From assembly GCA_964188305.1 (NCBI GenBank), contig OZ076890.1: DNA of 64,000 nucleotides; one strand, 5' to 3'. The notes under the pieces were generated by a model that made no database searches, was not told the origin of the DNA, and worked only from the letters and a program-made list of their open reading frames with translations. Made by a program: the position numbers and the translations under genes. Positions 38,626 through 51,511 of the stretch are shown here, piece after piece (the first letter of the stretch is position 1; each line of letters starts with the position of its first letter). Source of the DNA: Podarcis bocagei. Lineage: Eukaryota.

Positions 38626-39895
38626 GTTGTTGTTGTTATATTACTTGTCAAGTGATACTCTGAGCTCCATTGAAGCAGGCAGATAGTGGCAGGGCAGAAT
38701 CTTATTGACCAGGGACTGCCTTGCTTAAGGCGGGCAGTGACTGATAAGTAAGACACAGCGATATTCCCCAACTCATAGCACTCGTAGCACTCGTACCTTA
38801 CGTCAAGCAGGTTGAGCTTATAACTCATAACTGCTGTCTCCCACATTGCTTTTGCTGCATTAGTGACCAGAGGTGTTTTCAGTGTGTGGAGGGAAAACTC
38901 CAACAACACAACATTCAGTCCCATCCATGGGAATTTGAAGCAGCCCAAGCTCAGAGGTCCACCACAGAGAGATATTGGGGGTCCCTGAGGTAAAAGGAAG
39001 CCAATAGGGAGACCACCAAGTGAAGAAATCTGGAGTTCCATTTCTTTTTTTGCTTCCTTTTCTAATTTGGACCATTGTCCTCTCATCTCTAAAATAAAGC
39101 AGATGCCTTATCTTACACATAACATCCACTATCTGGCTCGATCCATGCTCAAATACATAGTGCATTAGTTCCACAAAATACTATGAAATGCCACCTTGTT
39201 CTTCTCTTTCTCTGTAGACTAAGTCTGTTAACTGATAGCAATGATCATACCATTTTTTAAACTCTCCTGAATGCATTTCCTTTCTGTGTTTTATATATTT
39301 TATCTATATATTTAGAAAATGTCTTTAAAGCAAAAATGCATTAAAGAAAAAGAAACATTGACATCCATTATATTTTTGGGTGCTACAACATTTTCCAGAA
39401 GATAAGTTTCTAATAATTACCTTATACTCTGGTTGTAAGTCATTTATCTCTGTGAATTTGTAGCCTAAGCTTCTGTCTTCATCCAGGTAAGTAAGAAAAG
39501 TAGAAAAAGGAGAGCAAAATGAAAAATGAGGAGGAGAAAAGGGATGGATGAGAGAAAAATTGTTCTGTGTCAATGGGGCACATAGCAAGATGAAGCATTA
39601 GATCATAAAAGCCATTGCGTTGACTCCCCAAATCAATAAAATGGATAATTTAACTAGTATAAAACTAATTGGGGAGAAAATGCAATAATATGCTGGTCAA
39701 TTACCAGTATATTTTCCCTAAAAGACAAACAATATAAGAATAAATGATTTTTATTATTATTCATATGAAGTAGCAGTATAATTTACAATTTTTTATCTTT
39801 CTAAGGAGATGAGTAGTGTAAGAAATTCTAAATTTTGAGGAGTGCAATATTAATAGATTCATTAGTTCATTCATTTCATTTATTTATTAAATTTG

Positions 39896-40029
39896 GGCAT
39901 AGGCAAACTCAGCCCTCCAGATGTTTTGGGACTACAACTCCCATCATCCCTAGCTAACAGGACCAGTGGTCAGAGATGATGGAAGTTGTAGTCCCAAAAC
40001 ATCTGGAGGGCCAAGTTTGCCTATGCCTG
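39896..40029. mobile_element. Palindromic hAT MITE (same family as 23344)
   Basis: GGCATAGGCAAACT...AGTTTGCCTATGCCTG, nearly fully self-complementary. Confidence 0.85.
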
Positions 40030-40664
40030 ATTTATATACTACCCTTCTTCCAAAGACACAGGGCAGTTTACAACATACAACACAAATACAGAGGAAGGGT
40101 ACTGTTTTTGTTTGTTACTATATTATGTATTTTAGTGTTTTCATGTTGTAAGCTGCCATATGTTCCTCAGGTGAAGCATGGTATAGAAATTTAATTAATA
40201 AATAAATTTTACCACATAACATAGTGTCTACACAACATAAAAATTAAAACAATTATACAAATACTATTATAATAAGTAGTACATAATACAGATTTATGTA
40301 ACAGTAACAGCATGAAAAGAGGAGAAAATCAGCAACAGGGTATCTAAAACACAAAGAGCACACAAATACAAAATTAAAAGTAATACTTAGTAATATAATC
40401 AAATATAACACAACAGACATCATAAAAATGATGGTGCATTATGAATGTCCATGATTAATAGACATTCCTAATGTCTATTAATATATTCCTAATGCACTTA
40501 GACTTATGTTCTTCTATAAAACTGCTCAAGAAAATTGTTCAACATCATAGATGCTCCCTTCCCCAACTTTAAATTATACAGAATCATGTTACACTCAGCA
40601 TGAGTGTTTGCCCATTCAATTAGGTGAGAGGGCAGGGCTGATGCATTTGACTGTAGGGAAATGA

Positions 40665-40666
<2 letters not shown>

Positions 40667-40728
<62 letters not shown>
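40667..40728. repeat. (TTTC)n microsatellite
   Basis: Direct reading. Confidence 0.95.
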
Positions 40729-41112
40729 GCATCCAGGAGATTGGATAAGAGCGTGTGAAAATTAGCAATTGTATGTGCAGATATTGCGTCATACGTGAAA
40801 GGAGGGGAAAGGAGCAAAATGTTGATTTTATATAAGAGCAAATCTGAAGTAGTTTCCTTAAAACAGCATCATTTTTGCATTAAAACAGGACAGAACATTT
40901 CCTAATGTAATTTTATTTCAGGAGACTAAAAAGGAGCCTTTCATTCAAGAAAAGTTAGCTAGCGTTTTTTGAGATGTTTATATCCTGCAAACAGGAACCA
41001 ATTTGTTAGGAATACCACTGTTCAGATGACTCAATGCTCATACTGACTGACCAGTTGGATTTTTCCCCACTGATGACAAGGCTGGCTCAAGGCATTTTGC
41101 TGCCTGAGGCAA

Positions 41113-41115
<3 letters not shown>

Positions 41116-41153
<38 letters not shown>
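41116..41153. repeat. (TC)n microsatellite
   Basis: Direct reading. Confidence 0.95.
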
Positions 41154-41155
<2 letters not shown>

Positions 41156-42063
41156 CCCCCCCATCCTGACCAGTCAATAACATAGCACCTCAGGTTTACC
41201 TGAGGCAGAGAATCCCACAAGCACCTTTTCTTCTCCCTGGTGGTAAAAACAAAGCAAGAACAATACATTAAATAACTACCAAACTGCTTCCCTTTCATCC
41301 CACCAAAAACCAGCTACCCAAATAAGCCATGTACCCAACAAAGGGTAAAATCCTGACGTGGTCATACCTTGAAAAGATCCAGTGAAATCAATGAAACTTG
41401 GTTAGTTATGATTAATGTAAGTCACACTGATTTTGAAATGCCTTTTCTATTATGCAGTCTGGACCAAACCCTGGGTATTTTACAACTGAATGCTTAAAGG
41501 CTATCAGTATCCCAAACAAAAGCTAATATTTTATTTTATTAATGTGTCTTAAACTCTTGATTTTAGTCCTATGTTAATCATGTTCTTGTCTGCTGTTTTT
41601 AAATTCTGTTTTTATCTCTTTTTTTAAAGGAGTATCATGTACTCCTATATCTGGAAAATGGCCTAGACATATTCTGTGATTAATTGGCACATAAATCTTG
41701 CTAAATAAATAAAATGATATGAGTGGGAGTCTCAAGGAGTAACGAATGGCACAGTGGGGTGGGGTGGTGTTTACCTAACCCCCCCCCCAACAGCTGAGTT
41801 GCTGCTCTTCAACAAAATGAAGAGGAGGGAGGTGGCAAGAAGGTCTGCCAGCTCCTTCGCACCATGTCAACCTCCTCACCTCTCCCCTTTCTCATAAGCA
41901 ATAGCAGCAGATCAGCTGTCAGGAGCTCATGTGAACACTGCCCCATCAGTACACCATCTACTACTGGTCTCAAGACAGAGAGCAAAGTTGGACCATCTAG
42001 ACATCAGAAGTGATGATTAGATGATTAGAGAAAATGGTGGTTATGATTATATTTCTACTCAGG

Positions 42064-42551
42064 TGTCAGGGACTGAGCAGAGGAGGAATGGTGGAGACCA
42101 CCTCCCCATCCTGACCCTTCCAGGAAGGAGGAAGAAGAAGACAGCATAGATTTACAACAGGGCTTTGAGGGAGGTAGCAGCTCAGAGGTAGATGAAGGCT
42201 AAAGCTGGGAAATCATGGGAGAACTAGAACAACCAGTTGACATGTTGTCATTAGAAAGCATTCCAGGCCCTCCATCTCCCAGAACCGGAAGAGCCTTAAA
42301 AGTAGGAGAGCAAAGAGCTCAAAGACAGAGGGCACGTAGCAACACTTGTAGAGGAGATGATGAGAATGACGAATGAGGAAGTGGGAGAGACAGGGAGTGG
42401 AGATTCACTCGGGACAACACCATTATCCAAGAGACTGCGTTTCATAGTCTCTCTCTGTAAAAACTGAAATAAAAAAGGACGGTAATATACTTTACCTTGT
42501 CTTTATACTTTCCTGGGCAACCAGCCAGGAGACACTGACAGCATCCTGACA
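42064..42551 (+). mobile_element. Solo LTR (Gypsy-like)
   Basis: TGTCAGG...CCTGACA termini, AATAAA near 42468, flanks TCAGG/CCAGG. Confidence 0.8.
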
Positions 42552-42560
42552 CCAGGATAT

Positions 42561-42903
42561 AGGTAAAGGTAAAGGGAACCCCTGACCATTAGGTCCAGTC
42601 GTGGCCAACTCTGGGGTTGCGGCGCTCATCTTGCTTTATTGGCCGAGTGAGATGGCGTACAGCTTCCGGGTCATGTGGCCAGCATGACTAAGCCGCTTCT
42701 GGCGAACCAGAGCAGCACACAGAAACACCGTTTACCTTCCCGCTGGAGCGGTACCTATTTATCTACTTGAACTTTTGACGTGCTTTCGAACTGCTAGATT
42801 GGCAGGAGCAGGGACCAAGCAACGGGAGCTCACCCTGTCGTGGGGATTCGAACCGCCAACCTTCTGATCAGCAAGTCCTAGGCTCTGTGGTTTAACCCAC
42901 AGC
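42561..42903 (-). mobile_element. Near full-length Sauria SINE
   Basis: (AAAGGT)n antisense tail, tRNA-like head. Confidence 0.92.
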
Positions 42904-43738
42904 AGAAGACATTCTAGCAAAGAATAACTCACTGATCAAACACATACAAGATCCAGGCTTCCCATGCTTGACTCTGCCATTACAAAATGCCATGGGTAAG
43001 GAGGTCTGGGAAATGCTTCTTAAACTCTGGAGAGCAGCTGCCAGTTGATGCAGGAGATGCAGGGCTAGATTGACTTTTTTTTTTATAAGACATGGTCTCT
43101 CTATATTTGATGAAGCTAGATTTCCAGGAATCAAGGGCACAGCACATTCATTCAATTAGGAGTGTCCTGAGGACACCTTGAGCAGCAGGTAACAAATCAT
43201 TGAGGAAATTTTTCAGGACTGAGAGTTCCACAGGGGCAGGAAGTTTATTTAGAGCTTGGCTAATCAGGAGGTTAGGCTGGACGCCAACAGAGGCTTCGGA
43301 AATGCCATGAAGGGCAGTGACTGAAAGGATGAGTTTATTGCTTTCCTGCCCAGCTCAGATAAGAGACGCTACTAATTACACTCCTTATGCAAGAGCTTGC
43401 CTCGGCCTATTAAGAATCCTGATACTAGAAAATTGGAGCTTCTGGTCCTCTTCCTCCATCCATTGCTTAAGTAGACTTATCTCTCTCCCCTTAACTGTCT
43501 TGTACTCCTCCCTTTCCTAACTATGGAATATTAGCTGCTAAAGACCCGTTGACTTTGTAAATTGCTGCCACTTTTCATTAATATGTTTCATTAATATGCT
43601 AATTTCAGTGTTCTATCGGGATACTCCTCTTCTAAAGCCTTGGGTGGGAGGAACTGACTTCACCATCTTGCAGTGTTGTGTTAGTCTGTGTTTAATTGTT
43701 TATTCACTTTGACTTGACCTTTTGGCTTTGCTTACCTT

Positions 43739-44177
43739 TGCTTCCAGTAGTGATGTATGGAAGTGAGAGCTGGAGCATAAAGAAAGCTGATCGCTGAAGA
43801 ATTGATGTCTTTAAATTATGGTGCTGGAGGAGACTCTTGAGAGTCCCATGGACTACAAGAAGATCAAACCGATCCATTCTTAAGGAAATCAGCCCTGAGT
43901 GCTCACTGGAAGGACAGATCGTGAAGCTGAGGCTCCTATACTTTGGCCACCTCCTGAGAAGAGAAGACTCCCTGGAAAAGACCCTGATGTTGGGAAAGAT
44001 TGAGGGCACAAGGAGAAGGGGACGACAGAGGACGAGATGGTTGGACAGTGTTCTCGAAGCTACAAACATGAGTCTGACCAAACTGCGGGAGGCAGTGGAA
44101 GACAGGGGTGCCTGGCATGCTCTGGTCCATGGGGTCACAAAGAGTCAGACACGACTAAACGACTAAACAACAACAAC
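43739..44177 (+). mobile_element. Bov-B (RTE) LINE 3' fragment
   Basis: ORF LRVPWT.RRSN.SILKEISPECSLEG..LKL.YFGHL.RR.DSLEKTLMLGKIEG; (CAA)n tail; 13-bp TSD CTTTGCTTACCTT. Confidence 0.95.
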
Positions 44178-44309
44178 CTTTGCTTACCTTCTCCTGCACT
44201 GCTTTCAGGGGAAAGCATCATATGTTAACTACTCCCATGGGTTTTGTTTCCTATCAGGAAGCTGGGGTAGCTGGGGAGGCTGCAGGGTGTTGAAGAAACA
44301 TTTGCTTGT

Positions 44310-44535
44310 TTTTTATTTATTGCAATTATATCCTACTTTTTCCTCCAAGGAGCTCAGTTTTGTGCACATGATTCTCCACCGGCCTCCTCACTTAATCCCC
44401 ATGACAACCCTCAGAGCTTGGTTAGGCTGAGAGGCAGTGAAATGTCCCAAGGTCACCCATTGGGCTTCATGGCCAAGTGCAGTTTTGAACCCTGGTCTCC
44501 CACATCTTAGTCTCTCTAACCACTACGCCACACAT
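44310..44535 (-). mobile_element. Old Squam3/MIR-like SINE
   Basis: cccaaggtcaccca, ttgaaccctggtctccc, taaccactac motifs. Confidence 0.7.
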
Positions 44536-44816
44536 GCTCTCTTTATAAAAGCATTTATATACTGCCCTCTTGCAAAACTCCAGGGCAGTGTACAACAACA
44601 TAAAAGCATTTGAAAGCAATACAAATCAATCATTAAAATGACTTGAAAGACTAACATGCACATACAAAATGCCTGCTTACAACATGTGCTTTGTATGTGC
44701 ATGTTAGTCTTTCAAGTCATTGGCATTCTAAATAAATTTTCAAGCGCTCTGAGAATAAGGCAGAAAAGCAGAAGCCTCCTTCACAAGGGGAAGAAACTAG
44801 GGGACAGATTCCAGTA

Positions 44817-45034
44817 CAGTGGTACCTCGGGTTACATACGCTTCAGGTTACATACGCTTCAGGTTACAGACTCTGCTAACCCAGAAATAGTACCTTGGGA
44901 TAAGAACTTTGCTTCAGGCAGCGTAGTGGCAGCCGAAGGCCCCATTAGCTAAAGTGGTGCTTCAGGTTAAGAACAGTTTCAGGTTAAGAACGGATCTCCA
45001 GAATGAATTAAGTACTTAACCTGAGGTACCACTG
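44817..45034 (-). mobile_element. Tigger-like MITE, family A
   Basis: TIRs, TA TSD, reverse orientation. Confidence 0.9.
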
Positions 45035-46276
45035 TACAGATCTACTACCCTCAGGGCTGAAGAGCGGGGGACGGGCTTATCCTGGCCCCCTTGTTTTCTT
45101 CAGCCATGAAGCTAAACATAGTTTGGGTGACTCAGACCATTGTATATCTTCATGTTGATCTCATAGGTCATTTGCCACTTTTTTTGCATTCATATTCTAA
45201 ATGCTAATTTTGTTCAATTATCTTGTCTGCATTGGACCAGTGCTTAGTATAGCAGTTATCCGCTTGAATGAGAAGCAATCTATCTTGCTTTTTAAAATGG
45301 AGTGCAGGTCATGGTATGGAATTACAATGGGAACAGGGCCAGAACAGAGCTATTGGGCAGGAAGTTTTCATTTTAGTTTCCATTCTTCATTAGATTTTAT
45401 TTTATTTTTATTTATCTTTCCCATTCCATTATTGTTGTTACTGAGCTTGATCAGCAATGAGCCTATCTCCTATCAATACTGACTTAAAGAGCCCATGATT
45501 ATAATAAATCATTGGTTACATCCCTTGAACATGGAGAAGAAAAACATAACAAATTACAAGGCAGAATATCCAACTGATTTGCTTCCCTTGAGATATAAAG
45601 GGATGGGATTCAATGGTCCAGATTCCCTTCAGCACTTGGTGAGATGTTTTGATATGTTCCGTCTCCAGTCTTAGGAGCTTTTATTGAAGGTTGCAGACAC
45701 ACCACACATTCAAAGCACATTTCCCTCCTCGCCAAAGAATCTTGGAAACTGTAGTTTACCCCTCACCCAGCTATGATTTTCATCACAGTTCCCAGGATTC
45801 AGCAGGTAGGGGAGCTGTAGTTTAAATCTATTGTTGCATGCCACCTCAATCTCCAAGTGGTCCAAGATTCCAGGGCTTCCAGGCATTTATTCAGGGTTCG
45901 TGTTTCCTTTTGGAAATGCTTAAATGAGTATTTATGAGGATTAAATGTAAGGTATTGGTTGTGTTTAGAATAGATTTATGAGAGATTTAGAAAATTTATT
46001 GATTAGAATATTTGTGTGAGATTGTATGGGAAAAATACGGAATAACAGATACAATCTTGCTTAAAATGTATATAGGAAATGCAATGTAAGCGATGGAAGT
46101 CAATCAATGAAATTTTATTATTATTTTTATATTGAGATATTTGTAGAATAAACTTGGGAGAAATTCTTCCAACTTTTCTTCTTCTTTTTTCTCTTTATTT
46201 TTTTCCATTCTTTTTTCTTTTCTCCTTTGTTTCTTTTTTCATGTATATGTGCTTATTTGAAATATATATGTATGTA

Positions 46277-46502
46277 CAGTGGTACCTCGGGTTAAGTACT
46301 TAATTCATTCCGGAGGTCCGTTCTTAACCTGAAACTGTTCTTAACCTGAAGCACCACTTTAGCTAATGGGGCCTCCTGCTGCCGCCACACCGCTGGAGCA
46401 CGATTTCTGTTCTCATCCTGAAGCAAAGTTCTTAACCCGAGGTACTATTTCTGGGTTAGTGGAGTCTGTAACCTGAAGCGTATGTAACCCGAGGTACCAC
46501 TA
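46277..46502 (+). mobile_element. Tigger-like MITE, family A, in an AT-rich L1-like 3' end
   Basis: TIRs (terminal base mutated), TA flanks. Confidence 0.9.
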
Positions 46503-46633
46503 TATGTATTTGCAATATTTTGCTTATATTTGTAACAATTATGTTAAATAAACAATAAAATTATTTTTTAAAAAGTAAATGATACACAGCAGAGACTGTG
46601 GTGTCGTTATGATATATGGTTTATTTACACATA

Positions 46634-46859
46634 CAGTGGTACCTCGGTTTACGAACTTAATTCATTCCGGAGGGCCGTTCTTAACATGAAATCGTTCTTA
46701 ACCTGAGGTACCAACTTAGCTAATGGAGCCTCCCGCTGCCCCCACGCTGCCAGCGTGTGGTTTCTGTTCTCATCCTGGGGCAAAGGTCTTAACCAGAGGT
46801 ACTACTTCCAGGTTAGCAGAGTCTGTAACCCAAAGTGTTTGTAACCTGAGGTACCACTG
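46634..46859 (+). mobile_element. Tigger-like MITE, family A variant
   Basis: TIRs, TA TSD. Confidence 0.9.
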
Positions 46860-47310
46860 TACATACCACCTGAGTCACACATTAACATCTCAAAGGGGCA
46901 TTGTTTCTCCCATCATTAATTTCATTTGGTTTTACTCAAATTTAGTTGAGCATCACCCAATGTAAATAATCACATAATGTACTGCATTGTTTTGGGGGTT
47001 TCCCTTCAATTGAACTGCACTGACATTAATTACATGATTAATTATGTTCCAGCTATAGCAGATCGCAAGATGAACATTGCTACAGAATGTAGTTTTAGCA
47101 GAAACAGCCCTGATTGCAATGAACCCAGGACGGAACAGAAATCACTGCCTCCTCACTTCCCTAGGAACACCTCACCTGGTGAAGGGCCTCAGAAGTTCAT
47201 AATGAATCCTTCAGATACCCTGGTCCCAGTACATAAAGCATTTTAAATGTCAAAACTAGCTCTTTCACATTCCATCATCACCACAATGCCATTGCACAGA
47301 ACTCATAGGA

Positions 47311-47489
47311 GGGCCATATCTCAGTGGCAGAACCCGGGGTTTGCATGCTGAAGGTCTGTGCTCAGCCCTGAAATTTCCAGGCAGGACTCCTGACTTGAAA
47401 CTTGGAAACCCAGTGCTAGTCAGTGAAGACAGCAGTGAACAAGATGAATCAATGGTCTGATTCAGTATAAGGCAGCTTCGTGTGTTCCT
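47311..47489 (+). mobile_element. Old tRNA-derived SINE with CR1-like tail (relatives near 9910, 24250, 42990 and 63480)
   Basis: A-box-like tatctcagtggcaga; tail tcagtataaggcagcttc. Confidence 0.6.
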
Positions 47490-48003
47490 GTTGACTTCTT
47501 GAAACTGAGTTGGCTGAACTGGTGGGGATAAATGCGAACAAAAGTGCTGAGGTACGGTTAACAAGCAGAATGTAACAGAGGCTCAAGCTGAGTTCGTTAC
47601 AGAGACTGCTTGAAAAACTGTACATTCACTGCCTTGTCCCTGCTGTGGAGAATTTTCACATCAACCCTTAACTAGTCAGGGGCTTTTATTTTAGCACTTA
47701 GTTACAGGTTGATTCATAAAACTTCCAATGTTGTACTAGCAAGCTGTAGCCGGGTTTCTTACACAGAACATTTAGTCACTTAGGTTTACTGTGTTGGATC
47801 AGCAGAGTCTCCTGGAATCTGTTTGTGATCCTAATTCTGTGCTGTGGAGGTTGGTCCATTTTGGCAAATACAGCACTGCCCTATCAACCTCAACCAGCCA
47901 ACAACTGCTCACCTTCTTATTTGCAACCAATCCAGGGGGCAGCACTGCTTGTCATCTTCCTCTTCCTTAGCCTCAGTCTTGGGCTTGTGTGATTCAGGGA
48001 GGA

Positions 48004-48751
48004 TGTCAGGAGTCCAGGTTCCCAGCTTGATACCACAGTAAGCGTAGCTAATTAAAAAGGTGGATTTATTGCAAAAACAAACAGATAACTCCAGACGGCT
48101 CTAACAAAGCCTCCGGCACCATTACTCAAGATGACCCTTCTGAAGACTCCTTCCGGCATCAACAGAAGATATTGAACTTATGAACCTTACATCTCTTGTT
48201 TTGCTTCCTACCTTGCACCCCTCCCATTCGCCGATTCCTTGGACTTAGTGGATCAGCTCCCGCCTCTTTGTTTTCCGAGAGGCTGTCTCCAAGTTCTTTT
48301 TGCCTGTTTGTACTTCCGGCGAGCTTTGTACTTCTAGCCTGTTCTCAGCTACTGCCTTATCAGCCAAGTCAGGGAGAGCCGGAGTCTGCAGCTGTCAGCT
48401 CTCCCCAGAAGAAGAAGAAGAAGAGTTTGGATTTGATATCCCGCCTTTCACTCCCCTTCAGGAGTCTCAAAGCGGCTAACATTCTCCTTTCCCTTCCTCC
48501 CCCACAACAAACACTCTGTGAGGTGAGTGGGGCTGAGAGACTTCACAGAAGTGTGACTGGCCCAAGGTCACCCAGCAGCTGCATGTGGAGGAGCGGGGAC
48601 ACGAACCCGGTTTCCCAGATTACGTGACTACCGCTCTTAACCACTACACCACACTGGCTCCCCAGCATGACTAACATCAAAGCCTCTCTGTTCCTGGCTG
48701 CTTTCTGCAGTTGGCTGCAAACCTTCGCTTAGAGTTGGCTCATTCCTGACA
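48004..48751 (-). mobile_element. Solo LTR with a nested SINE
   Basis: TGTCAGGA...TCCTGACA termini, perfect 5-bp TSD GAGGA, antisense AATAAA near 48066. Confidence 0.85.
48409..48657 (-). mobile_element. Young full-length Squam3-type SINE
   Basis: Nearly identical to the 17381 copy; TSD CTCCCCAG. Confidence 0.93.
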
Positions 48752-49191
48752 GAGGAGTATGGGGACAAACACTAGAATCAGCTGGCTCTGCCTGTCATTG
48801 GTTCTGGCTCCACCAACTGGTGGCCTCCCTGCCCTCCACCCTACCAGTCCCAAGGGCACCAGCCAGTATTGATTCTATGAGGAGCAGCGAAAGCTGGGCA
48901 AACCCTCAGTAAGATCCTGCTAGGCTGAAATGGTTCTCCTTCTGAGCAACAGGGCAGAAGAGACTGTGGAAGGCCAGGTATCTTGGCAGAAGGTATCTTG
49001 GCAGATTTATCTGCATATGTGATTATTTAATGATTTTATGGATCTCATTGATGAACAGATGGGGGAAAGTGAAGTTCACTTCTTGCCTGCTGATCATAAC
49101 TTGACACTATAGGCATACTTTTAAAACCAAGAAGACTAAAACTTTAATAAAGAATGGGGAAAAAATACAATTTACTTGAGAGACCACTGTA

Positions 49192-49433
49192 CAGTGGTAC
49201 CTCTGGTTAAGAACTTCATTCGTTCTGGAGGTCCATTCTTAACCTGAAACTGTTCTTAACCTGAGGTACCACTTTAGCTAATGGGGCCTCCCGCTGCCGC
49301 CATGGCACCACAGTGCAATTTCTGTCCTCATCCTGAAGTAAAGTTCTTAACCCAAGGTACTACTTCGAAGTTAGCAGTGTCTGTAACCTGAAGCATTTGT
49401 AACCTGAAGTGTTTGTAACCCAAAGTACCACTG
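49192..49433 (+). mobile_element. Tigger-like MITE, family A, in an L1-like 3' remnant
   Basis: TIRs, TA TSD. Confidence 0.9.
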
Positions 49434-49667
49434 TAAGCAGATGAAAACATTAGCAAGATTGCAATAACACTTGTGTTGTAGAAAATACTATGGACAAAAT
49501 GGAAAGACATAAAACTAGATGATGAAATAATATGCAGTTGATAATAATATGAAGGTTGATAATAGGATCCATGGAGGGGAAGGTTGGATGTCTAGAGACT
49601 TGGAGAAATCTCTAAATATGGATATGTATTTGGTAAAGTTATAATCTTACACTTGTAAAATCAAGTA

Positions 49668-50014
49668 CTGTATTTTTTGCCCTATAGGACGCAGTTTTTC
49701 CCCTCCAAAAATGAAGGGGAAATGTGCGTGCGTCCTATGGGGCAAATGCAGGCTTTTGCTGAAGCCTGGAGAGCGAGCGGGGTCGGTGCGCACCGACCCC
49801 TTTCGCTCTCCAGGCTTCGCGCAGCTCTCTGCAAGGCGCGGGAGCCCGGTGCTGGGCTCCCATGGCTTGCAGAGAGTTGCCTGTTCTGGGGGCTGGGGTC
49901 GGGGGAAGCTCTGTGCCTGGGGGGGGGGGGAATAATTTTTTCCCCTTTATTTCCCCCCCAAAAAAACTAGGTGCGCCTTATGGGACGATGTGTCCTATAG
50001 GGCGAAAAATACGG
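49668..50014 (+). mobile_element. Tc2/pogo-like MITE with two internal hairpins (unexpanded relative of the 58615 element)
   Basis: TIR C(C/T)GTATTTTT...AAAAATACGG, TA TSD; first ~150 bp match the reverse complement of 59505-59658. Confidence 0.9.
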
Positions 50015-50023
50015 TAATTCCCC

Positions 50024-50026
<3 letters not shown>

Positions 50027-50084
<58 letters not shown>
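50027..50084. repeat. (TA)n microsatellite
   Basis: Direct reading. Confidence 0.95.
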
Positions 50085-50086
<2 letters not shown>

Positions 50087-50234
50087 TTTCGTAGATTTTC
50101 ACGGGTACAGGAATGCAGGTTTTGGTGTCTTCGGGTATCTTCCCGTGTAAGAGTTGGGGTGTCTAGGCGACGTTTCGACGAGGTCTCACTCGTCATCTTC
50201 AGGCTGGTGCTTTCGGCTTCTTGTTACTAGAACA
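50085..50234 (-). mobile_element. Penelope-like element terminal fragment
   Basis: CpG-rich island inside a (TA)n tract; carries the CTGAAGA...GAAACGTC motif typical of Penelope pseudo-LTRs. Confidence 0.75.
50167..50204 (-). ncRNA. Minimal hammerhead ribozyme motif
   Basis: Minus strand GC-CUGAAGA-U-GACGAG-UGAGAC-CUCGUC-GAAAC-GUC-GC: core boxes, perfect 6-bp stem II, palindromic ACGU in place of stem III, only a 2-bp stem I. Confidence 0.6.
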
Positions 50235-51511
50235 ATATATAAATCTGATTGTACCCCCAGTTTCCATTTCATGTTTGTGCAGAAATGACAGCTCTATAGC
50301 TCTAGAATGTCATATTTGCGTTTGTTTCTCTGTGTGAAATTTAGGACATTTCAAAAGCCCTTTTATTTCAAACAATATGCCTTGCTTTGACCGCTGCTAA
50401 AAAACAACGGGGTATGGCCAGGACCCCTTGCAGTCAGCTGAAAGCATAAACAAGCTTCCTGCTGCATATGTCATCCTACTGCTGCAGCTCTGCTTATCTG
50501 TATAGACTCTGCAGGGTCAAAAGAGGCATTACAGGGAATGTCTACAGATGCAGAGCAGCTTATCTTCCTCTGGTAGAATAGGGAAATGTAACTTATAAGA
50601 ATCTACAGGGAACAGATATGAATGTGGTGGCTGATAATGTTAAGCTTCACCGAGGTTCAGTTCTCAGCAGCAACTAACGGCGGATTCATATTGTGAGGTG
50701 AAACCCTGTGTGGAATTGTATATTATAAACCTATTCAGAGAGCGTAGTAATTGGAGTAAATTACTATTATTACCCATTTAATTTCCTTCACAGTTGGTAC
50801 TTGGTATCAGCTGACATTTTGAGGATGGTTTCAATGGAAATGTATGTACCTCACAATCAAACATGAAATATTTAAAAAACTAGGGTGGTTTTTTGGGGTT
50901 GTTTTTTTTTTAAGCCTTGTCTACAATGCCAGTGTCAGTGATTTGTGAAATATTGCCATTCGTGAAACTTAAAAAAATTAAGTACTATTAGCATTGAGAT
51001 ATGAAATAAAAAGCTTGCTGCTTCTTAATAAAATTGCATTTTGCAACGCTTTGCATCATGCTCCCAACAAGTATTATTGTGACACCTGCTAGTTAAAGTA
51101 TTTGAATGCTAAGTACAGCAAAGAATATATATGGAAATTGCATCCTGGAGCAAAGGAAATACAGGAACCTTGAGGGAGGAACATAGAAATGATTACTCAT
51201 CAATGCAACATAACATGCATTTGAAGAAAAAGAAAGGAATGGGTTTAAATTAGAAGGAACGTTTAAATGAATAGCATGTAATTATACGTTAGGGCCTGAA
51301 AAACATTTTTTTATACACGTTGTCATTATAAACAATGGGCAACTTACGGCACCTTTGTTTTGTAATGCTTCTGAAAATTGACCATGACCTATTAATTGAG
51401 CGTTCATCTTGATTTGCTTGCACAAAGCTTGCATGGAAGTAGGATTGCATCTCATCTTCATTGACCATTCAGATGTGTTTGTGGGGAAGTTATATGACAA
51501 TGAGCATTCAA

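Noticed and set aside
43739-44177. Bov-B as a novel horizontal-transfer signal
   Set aside because: Bov-B in squamates is well established; this is an ordinary truncated copy.
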